In this document: positions 57,214-64,000 of the stretch, piece after piece | Layout of the letters: each line of letters starts with the position of its first letter | How positions within the stretch are numbered: position 1 is the stretch's first letter | Assembly: GCA_965649265.1 (NCBI GenBank) | Contig: CBFGKC010000012.1 | Span: forward strand, 1 to 64,000 | DNA: 64,000 nt | DNA from: a candidate division WOR-3 bacterium | Lineage (GTDB): Bacteria > Hydrothermota > Tepidihabitantia > B3-TA06 | Direction: 5' to 3' | Made by a program: the position numbers and the translations under genes | Notes under the pieces: model-generated | Told to the model about the DNA's origin: nothing | The model's input: only the letters and a program-made list of their open reading frames with translations | Database searches by the model: none

Positions 57214-59748
57214 ATGTCGACTTTTTTGTGGTCTCTCGCGAACCTTATCTTGCAGGGCGCGACCGTGGTTCCAGAGTTCGTCGTCACAACCGGCGGCGAA
57301 TTACGCTCCCAAAAGTCTTCCGTAACGGGCAGCGCCAATCAAAAAGGCGCTTATATTGTCTCATGGCTTGACTCACGTGACGGGGGCTCGCCCATGTCAT
57401 GGACACAGGCCTATCTTCAGTACGTGCCTGCCTCAGGTCTTCCCCAGAAGCCCAATTCACACTTGAATACAAGCTTAAGCTTCCTTTATCCTGTCATCTC
57501 CTCCTCGGTCGTCCTCTTCGATGACGCAATGGCGCTTACCTCGACAACGTGTCAAAGGCGAGGCATTCAGAATGATTCAATTGGGATAATTGTGGAGAAC
57601 GCTATCCTGCGGCTGTGGAATGCCGAGCAGGGCTTCGATGGTTCACCCCTGGCCGAGTTCGTGCTCCCGCTCAAAGCGCCACTGCTTTGTCACTACTCCA
57701 CCGACCTCTGCCTTGGGATACAAAACCAGGCATCCTCATCCTCTGACACCAACCGGATGCTCTTCCAGCGCTTCCAGCGCTCGGGACAGTTAATTGCCGA
57801 CACGGTTTTTATCGACAACGGCACTGTAACATCGGTTACAATAAATGACGCGGGTGATTTTGCAGTGGCTTATAAATCTTATCCATCAGGTGCATTCTGC
57901 TTTCGAAGATATACAGCCGACAACTCGGCTTTGGGTGAAGCGGTGGTATTCGATCCGAAAACGACATCTCTTGCGCTAGCAGGCGACCCGAAAGGAACCC
58001 TTTTATGCGCCTGGGTTGAATATGGTGAAGATTACAACTATTACATCTATACAAGGCGATACACGTCTGCAAACACGCCTTTAGGCTCAAAACAACTCAT
58101 CTTCGAGTCTGGCAACATGAACCCAGGAAAACTGACCCTTGTAAAGGCTCAACAGGGAGGCTATCTCTTATGCTATAATCTTTTCGATACCTATATGCTG
58201 GATTTCTCCGATTCCCTGTACGGTGTTCTGCTGGATAGCTACGGAGTCATCAAAGGCGGCGCCTTTACCATCAACCAGGCAGAGGGCTCCACATCCGGTA
58301 TCTTTGAATTCTGGACAACCGCCTCAAAGGACGGCTATACGGCGGCGTGGATTGAGGACAATGTTGTTTTCACAAGGCCAATCTCCTCCAGCGGTATCCT
58401 TGGCGCAGAGCTTACCGTATCCGATGACCAGCTAGGCTATCACGCCCAGTGGAACGAGTCGGTGCTTGAACCGCAGAGCGGCTTCTTCGTTCACTGGAAA
58501 GAGGGATTATCCCATTTCGACGCTCAAGGTCTGCCCACAATACCAATATGGAAGATGGATACCCTCAAGTGCACCTATCCTTCGTTAGGACTCGACAGTA
58601 ATTTCTATCTTTCATTCTTAGTTCAGAACAGAGACAGCGTGTACGTTCAGCGTTTCACGAAGGAAGGCGCTCCAGAGGTCCCTGCCCGAGGCATGGGTTC
58701 GCTCGGAGGTAAAAAGTGCAGGCAAACGGCAGTCGCCGCAGGCAAGGACTCCGAGGGCGTAGTCTTCTGGTCACAGGCGGTTAATACGTATAATGTACGC
58801 CTCTACGGTCAGCGCTTCGGTGCAGACGGTTCAAAAACAGGCGTGGCGTTTCTGGTGGATAGTTTCTACAACAGGGGTAACCTGAGGGCTTTTATGTTCG
58901 AGGATGGAAGTTTTGTTGCGGGCGTCGCGCAAGCAAGCAGCGGGGCTTACTGGCTCCACTTTTACAAGGCTTCTGGTGAAAAGGAGATGGATGTTTATGC
59001 CACCGACTGGAGTACTTATCAAAGCGGCACGACCATGATCTCGAATTCCAAAGATCGCATCGTTGTTGCCGGAATGAACCTTTTGAGCGACACGCTCTTC
59101 TTCAAGGTGTTCGACAGGCAGTTCAACCAGATAGGCGGCCGCCAATTTATAGCCACCTCCCATCTTTTTCATGCTGAGCCTTACTTTCTCGCCGCGGCCA
59201 TGTCTCCATCGGGCCGTTTCGTCATTGCTTGGATGGAGCTTGACGATGCGGGCAACATGAACCTCTGGGGCGAACTCTTTTCGAGAGACGGCGAGCCTAT
59301 CACCGCGCCCTTCCGGGTCAACGACGCGGACCAGTGGCCGTACTCATTCCAGTTTTCGGGTCCGCGCGGCGTCTCCTGCACCGATGACAGGATACTCTTC
59401 ACCTGGCTCGAAAACCGCACGCACCGGGGCTGGGACGTTGTTGCCAAGGTTACCGACTGGAACCTTACAGGCATCACCTCCCCTCCCGTAACACCCGCAA
59501 CACACCAGCTCCCCTCAGAAGTGGAGATAACCTCACCGATCGGCCCGACCGTCACTCTTCATTACTCCAACTGTCCGAACGGCTTCCGTGGGCGGGTATT
59601 CGACGCGTCGGGAAGACAAGTGGATGAGATACAATCACCGCAAAGCGAGGGCACAATCCAATGGGGGAAGTGTTACGGGTCTGGAGTGTACTTTATATTT
59701 GCTGAGGGGTCAAAAGCGAACCCGGCCAGGGTAGTGCTCATTAAATAA
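57214..59748 (+). CDS. Secreted repeat (double propeller-like) protein with T9SS-like C-terminal domain
   Basis: 'QRF...G' repeats; PVTPAT linker; 'VFDASGRQV...SGVYFI...RVVLIK'. Confidence 0.8.
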   Translation: MSTFLWSLANLILQGATVVPEFVVTTGGELRSQKSSVTGSANQKGAYIVSWLDSRDGGSPMSWTQAYLQYVPASGLPQKPNSHLNTSLSFLYPVISSSVVLFDDAMALTSTTCQRRGIQNDSIGIIVENAILRLWNAEQGFDGSPLAEFVLPLKAPLLCHYSTDLCLGIQNQASSSSDTNRMLFQRFQRSGQLIADTVFIDNGTVTSVTINDAGDFAVAYKSYPSGAFCFRRYTADNSALGEAVVFDPKTTSLALAGDPKGTLLCAWVEYGEDYNYYIYTRRYTSANTPLGSKQLIFESGNMNPGKLTLVKAQQGGYLLCYNLFDTYMLDFSDSLYGVLLDSYGVIKGGAFTINQAEGSTSGIFEFWTTASKDGYTAAWIEDNVVFTRPISSSGILGAELTVSDDQLGYHAQWNESVLEPQSGFFVHWKEGLSHFDAQGLPTIPIWKMDTLKCTYPSLGLDSNFYLSFLVQNRDSVYVQRFTKEGAPEVPARGMGSLGGKKCRQTAVAAGKDSEGVVFWSQAVNTYNVRLYGQRFGADGSKTGVAFLVDSFYNRGNLRAFMFEDGSFVAGVAQASSGAYWLHFYKASGEKEMDVYATDWSTYQSGTTMISNSKDRIVVAGMNLLSDTLFFKVFDRQFNQIGGRQFIATSHLFHAEPYFLAAAMSPSGRFVIAWMELDDAGNMNLWGELFSRDGEPITAPFRVNDADQWPYSFQFSGPRGVSCTDDRILFTWLENRTHRGWDVVAKVTDWNLTGITSPPVTPATHQLPSEVEITSPIGPTVTLHYSNCPNGFRGRVFDASGRQVDEIQSPQSEGTIQWGKCYGSGVYFIFAEGSKANPARVVLIK

Positions 59749-59756
59749 ACCGGGGT

Positions 59757-59787
59757 CCCCAAGGAAATACGGAGTATTTCCTTGGGG
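59757..59787. repeat. Perfect 14-bp inverted repeat
   Basis: CCCCAAGGAAATAC-gga-GTATTTCCTTGGGG, no U tract. Confidence 0.7.
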
Positions 59788-59954
59788 TGGAGGCAGCCTG
59801 TCAAGTTTTTGTCCATAAAATGGAACTTGACTCAGTTCGCGAAATAAACCTTGACCGATGCTAAATAAGCAATATGGCAAAGCGTTGAGGGATGCGGTTC
59901 AGACACTTGACGGTGAAGGTTGACTTATGCTTCGATCCGTATTAAACTTACGTT

Positions 59955-60221
59955 ATGACTCTTGCTCACGAACTGTTGAAAGTCGCAGCGCTTGCACGAA
60001 TTGAGCTGAGCGTAGAGGAACGCGGGAACCTATCGAGGGAGTTCGAGACCATTGTTGCATATTTTGCCGAGCTGCAAAAACTTACGCTTGAAGGTGAGAT
60101 GGCGCTTGACTATCCATGCCCGTGCTATCCGGACGTCCCCATAGAATATGACATTGATATAGATAAACTTAGCAAACACACGAAAGAGGGATATTTTACT
60201 ATCCCCCCGCTTTTTGAATGA
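59955..60221 (+). CDS. gatC: Asp/Glu-tRNA amidotransferase subunit C
   Basis: 'VAALARIEL', 'GYFTIP'; directly upstream of gatA. Confidence 0.85.
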   Translation: MTLAHELLKVAALARIELSVEERGNLSREFETIVAYFAELQKLTLEGEMALDYPCPCYPDVPIEYDIDIDKLSKHTKEGYFTIPPLFE

Positions 60222-61627
60222 GTGGAAGTCTGCCCTCAATAAAAGAGTTAGCGACACTAATCGAGTCGGGTAAGTTGAAGTATTCTGCGATATACGAGAC
60301 GATCCGCGAAAATGTCGCAAGTTATGAGAAGGAAGTCAACGCTTTCATCAATCTTTTTCTTGACGAAGCGATGAACGAAGCACAAGGTCTCGATCGGGGA
60401 ACGCAGAAGGGATCGAAACCGCTTAAGGGCGTCCCGGTGGCCGTCAAAGACAATATCCTGGTTAAAGGCAAGCCGTGCACGTGCGCCTCGAGGATACTTG
60501 AAGAGTTCATTGCCCCTTACGACGCAACCGCCGTTACACGTTTGAGGGATGCTGGTGCCGTGATTATTGGCAAGACCAATATGGACGAATTCGCAATGGG
60601 TTCATCCAGCGAAAATTCGGCCTTTGATCCAGTGCGGAACCCTCTGGATCGAGAAAGGGTTGCAGGCGGTTCATCGGGTGGTTCGGCGGCCGCGGTGGCC
60701 TACGGTGCAGCGATTGCCGCACTCGGTTCAGACACAGGCGGATCGGCCAGGCAGCCCGCATCTTTCTGCGGACTTGTGGGATTCCGGCCCTCATACGGCA
60801 GGATATCACGCTGGGGGCTGGTCGCTTTTTCATCCAGTCTGGATCAGATATGCCCGATTACGAAAACCGTCGAGGACGCCGCACTTATCTATTCGATCAT
60901 TTCAGGCCCCGATCAATTCGATTCGACAACATACCCCGGAAAGCCGGAGAATCCGGAGTTTACAAAAAAGGACGTGAAACCGGTAAAGGTCGGCGTCATA
61001 AAGGAGTGCTTCGAAGGGCTTGAAGACCGGCGAATCAAAGACACGGTGCTCGAGCCTTTCAAGGAAGGAAGGTTCGAGATGGTGGAGGTGAGTGTACCCC
61101 TCGTGCGCCTGTCCGTAGCAGGATACCAGCTTCTCGCTATGGCTGAGGCTTCCTCGAATCTTGCGCGCTATGATGGAATCCGCTTCGGGTTAAGAAAATC
61201 GAAACTAGGCTTAAGGGAAACTTACGAGGCAACCAGGGGTGCTGGGTTCGGAGATGAAGTTAAACGCCGCATACTCATAGGGACATTCGGCCTTTCAGCA
61301 GGTTACATAGATGCATACTACAACACGGCTCTTCGCTATCGTTCGGCTCTTGCCGCCGAGTTTAAAGAAGCCTTCAAACGAGCGGATTTTCTTCTTTCTC
61401 CGACCACCCCGACGCCCGCCTTCAAGCTCGGAGAAAAGGTAACGGATCCCCTCTCGATGTATCTTGCCGATATCTACACGGCTCCTGCGGCTCTGGCCGC
61501 GTTGCCCGCCATATCAGTCCCTGCGAAGACAAATGTCGACGGATTGCCGATAGGAATTCAACTAACCGCCCCGAGATTTGAGGAATCGGCTCTTCTGGAG
61601 TTTGCACATGTCATCGAACAGATCTGA
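60218..61627 (+). CDS. gatA: Asp/Glu-tRNA amidotransferase subunit A
   Basis: 'KTNMDEFAMGSS', 'GGSSGGSAAAVA', 'GSDTGGS', 'SSNLARYDG'. Confidence 0.97.
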   Translation: MSGSLPSIKELATLIESGKLKYSAIYETIRENVASYEKEVNAFINLFLDEAMNEAQGLDRGTQKGSKPLKGVPVAVKDNILVKGKPCTCASRILEEFIAPYDATAVTRLRDAGAVIIGKTNMDEFAMGSSSENSAFDPVRNPLDRERVAGGSSGGSAAAVAYGAAIAALGSDTGGSARQPASFCGLVGFRPSYGRISRWGLVAFSSSLDQICPITKTVEDAALIYSIISGPDQFDSTTYPGKPENPEFTKKDVKPVKVGVIKECFEGLEDRRIKDTVLEPFKEGRFEMVEVSVPLVRLSVAGYQLLAMAEASSNLARYDGIRFGLRKSKLGLRETYEATRGAGFGDEVKRRILIGTFGLSAGYIDAYYNTALRYRSALAAEFKEAFKRADFLLSPTTPTPAFKLGEKVTDPLSMYLADIYTAPAALAALPAISVPAKTNVDGLPIGIQLTAPRFEESALLEFAHVIEQI

Positions 61628-63065
61628 GCCGCCCCCCCTCCTCGATTACGAAGTCGTCATAGGCATGGAAGTCCATGTACAGCTGGCCACCCGTTCCAAG
61701 ATGTTTTGCCGTTGCGAGATAGATGTTGATGCGACCCCGAACACCAAGGTTTGTCCCGTTTGCCTCGGGCTTCCCGGGGTGCTCCCTCAAACCAACGCCG
61801 AGGCAATAAGACTCGGCCTCACGGCCGCGCTTGCCCTCGGATGTGCTGTAAATCATAAATCCCGGTGGGCTCGCAAGCACTACTTTTCCCCGGATCTTCC
61901 GAAGGGTTATCAAATATCCCAGTACCATTATCCGCTTGCAGAAAGGGGAACGGTTAAATTGCCGGGTCTTGAGAAGAGTATAAGAATCCGAAGGCTGCAC
62001 CTGGAGGAGGATGCCGGAAAGCTCATACACTCGGCGCGCGAGACCCTCGTGGATTTTAATCGTTGCGGTGTTCCCCTTGCGGAGATAGTTACAGAACCTG
62101 ATATACGGAGCGTAGAGGAGGCGGATGTCTATTTAAGGGAACTCAGGCTCGTGCTCAGGGCGATCGGCGCTTCGGATGCGGAGATGGAACGAGGGCATTT
62201 TCGCTGCGAACCCAACATAAGTGTGAGGCCGAAGGGACAAAAGGAACTTGGAGTGCGTTCGGAGATAAAGAACTTGAACAGCTTCAAAGCCGTGCGCGAC
62301 GGCATAGAAAGAGCGATCCAGGATCAGATCGAGCGGCTCGAGGCAGGCAAGGAGATTGTTCAAACAACCTATCTTTGGGATGAGAAACGAAGAGAGCTGA
62401 AGCCTATGAGAGCAAAGGAATCGGCGGCCGATTACCGCTATTTCCCCGAACCCGATCTGCCGCCGCTCATTCTCGACGAAGCGGAAGTCAACCAGATTCG
62501 TTCAACCCTTCCCGAGCTTCCCGCATCAAGGCGGCAGAGCCTGCTTGCGTCAGGCCTCTCGGAACAAGACGCGGAAGTGCTTGTCGCCGAAAGTAATTGG
62601 GAGAAATATTTCAAGGAACTCCTGGATAAAGGCGTTTCGACAAAGGAGGCCTCCACCTGGCTTCTCAACGAAGCGCGCGGCATAATGGCCGAACGCAAGC
62701 AGTCGCTTGAGGACTTCAAAGTGAGCCCGGACCAGATGGCCGCGCTCATCATGTTTTTACGCGAGGGCAGGCTCACAAGGCCTTCCGCAAAGGAGCTTTT
62801 TGAAAAGATGGCGGCCAGCGGCAGAAATGCCGAGGATCTTATGAAAGAGATGGATCTTAGCGCGGTCTCGGATACGAATGTCCTTGATGACGCCGTGAAG
62901 AAAGTGATCACCGCGAACCCTGACCCGGTAACACGCTACAGACAAGGCAAAGTGGAGATTCTGGGCTTCCTTGTCGGGCAGTGCATGAAGGAACTAAGAG
63001 GCAAGGCAGATCCCAATCAACTCAAGGAAGCGCTCTTGAGAGTACTAACTTCCAAGGAGGATTAG
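61608..63065 (+). CDS. gatB: Asp/Glu-tRNA amidotransferase subunit B
   Basis: 'IGMEVHVQL', 'PDLPKGYQISQ', 'HLEEDAGK', 'YRYFPEPDL'. Confidence 0.97.
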   Translation: MSSNRSEPPPLLDYEVVIGMEVHVQLATRSKMFCRCEIDVDATPNTKVCPVCLGLPGVLPQTNAEAIRLGLTAALALGCAVNHKSRWARKHYFSPDLPKGYQISQYHYPLAERGTVKLPGLEKSIRIRRLHLEEDAGKLIHSARETLVDFNRCGVPLAEIVTEPDIRSVEEADVYLRELRLVLRAIGASDAEMERGHFRCEPNISVRPKGQKELGVRSEIKNLNSFKAVRDGIERAIQDQIERLEAGKEIVQTTYLWDEKRRELKPMRAKESAADYRYFPEPDLPPLILDEAEVNQIRSTLPELPASRRQSLLASGLSEQDAEVLVAESNWEKYFKELLDKGVSTKEASTWLLNEARGIMAERKQSLEDFKVSPDQMAALIMFLREGRLTRPSAKELFEKMAASGRNAEDLMKEMDLSAVSDTNVLDDAVKKVITANPDPVTRYRQGKVEILGFLVGQCMKELRGKADPNQLKEALLRVLTSKED

Positions 63066-64000
63066 TTGAAGAATTACGATAAAGGAATTCTGACCATCGT
63101 CAGAGATTGTCTGGGAACGAAGAGAGGGGAGCGGGCGATTGTAATATGTGACGCGCCTAAACGCAAGATAGGTGCGGACCTTTTTGACGCGCTTGTGGCG
63201 GCCGGAGCCGAAGCGTCGCTCTTCGAAATAATCCCCCGCAAGCAGCACGGGGAAGAACCTCCGAAGTACGTTGCAGATCTTCTGAAAACCGCTGATGTGT
63301 TTCTGATTCCGACATCCAAGTCAATGACTCATACACAAGCCCGTAAGGGCGCCATTGTAAACGGTGCACGAGGGGCAACCCTTCCGGACGTGACCGAGGG
63401 GATGATAGCCGGACCTATTCTTGTAAATCACACGGAAATAGCAAAGCGTAACGAGAAACTTCTAAAGCTTCTGCGGAATGCAAAAAAGATTCGCATCACG
63501 ACAAAAAAAGGCACCGACATCGAGATCGTTACCGAGGGCAGGGCATTTCTCGCCGACAGCGGCGTCCTCACCAAACCTGGTTCGTTTTCGAATCTTCCTG
63601 CAGGCGAGGTTTACGCCGCACCGTGCGAGGGAAAGAGCGAGGGGCACGTCGTTTTCGATGCCAGTTTCTCAGGCATAGGAAGACTTTCCGAACCCATTAT
63701 CATAGAAGTCGAACGCGGCAGAGCCGCAAAAATCAAAGGCGACCGGGGCAGGCTTTCGAAGATGTTGGACGCCGCCGGCCCCCAGGGTAGAAACCTTGCC
63801 GAGATAGGAATCGGTACAAACGACAAAGCCCGAATCACCGGTTTTGTTCTCGAAGACGAGAAGGTAATGGGAACCATTCACCTGGCTTTCGGGGACAACT
63901 CGAATTTCGGTGGAAAGGTCAAGGTTGACGTGCATCTAGACGGCCTTGTCATGAGGCCGACCGTTACCGCCGATTCAAGGATCATAATAAAGGATGGCCG
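63066..64000 (+). CDS. M29-like (thermophilic metalloprotease/leucyl aminopeptidase) protein, runs off the window
   Basis: TTG start after SD AGGAGG; MKNYDKGIL..., 'NLPAGEV', 'NLAEIGIGTN', 'EDEKVMGTIHLAFGDN', 'HLDG'. Confidence 0.88.
   Translation, partial: MKNYDKGILTIVRDCLGTKRGERAIVICDAPKRKIGADLFDALVAAGAEASLFEIIPRKQHGEEPPKYVADLLKTADVFLIPTSKSMTHTQARKGAIVNGARGATLPDVTEGMIAGPILVNHTEIAKRNEKLLKLLRNAKKIRITTKKGTDIEIVTEGRAFLADSGVLTKPGSFSNLPAGEVYAAPCEGKSEGHVVFDASFSGIGRLSEPIIIEVERGRAAKIKGDRGRLSKMLDAAGPQGRNLAEIGIGTNDKARITGFVLEDEKVMGTIHLAFGDNSNFGGKVKVDVHLDGLVMRPTVTADSRIIIKDG

Overview
A 64-kb stretch of an uncultured-type diderm bacterial chromosome. The T9SS-like C-terminal sorting domains and a PorE-like lipoprotein suggest an FCB-related lineage such as candidate phylum WOR-3; this is inference, not a database result. 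Housekeeping blocks are smpB-amidase-murI-rph-rluD-topA-xerC-hslV-spoIID, ftcD-valS, sufS-iscU-like-yceD, rpmH-rnpA-yidD-yidC-jag-mnmE-usp-ptsN, gatCAB, ychF, tag and tRNA-Ala(CGC). They are interspersed with secreted beta-propeller/Ig proteins carrying a shared sorting domain, serine hydrolases and a triplet of beta-repeat (lipo)proteins. The best leads are: (i) two AT-rich defence-like cassettes, an AbiJ/HEPN-like gene that appears to start at ATA and an ABC-ATPase + DUF4276/TOPRIM pair, both bordered by the same REP-like palindromes, the second lying next to an orphan frameshifted sorting-domain remnant and phased direct repeats; (ii) two ~260-nt highly structured 5' leaders ahead of secreted-protein genes; (iii) two 9-mer repeat families used both as protein linkers and as flanks of intergenic double-hairpin elements; (iv) at least five apparently leaderless genes. 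No CRISPR array, transposase, reverse transcriptase or rRNA was seen.
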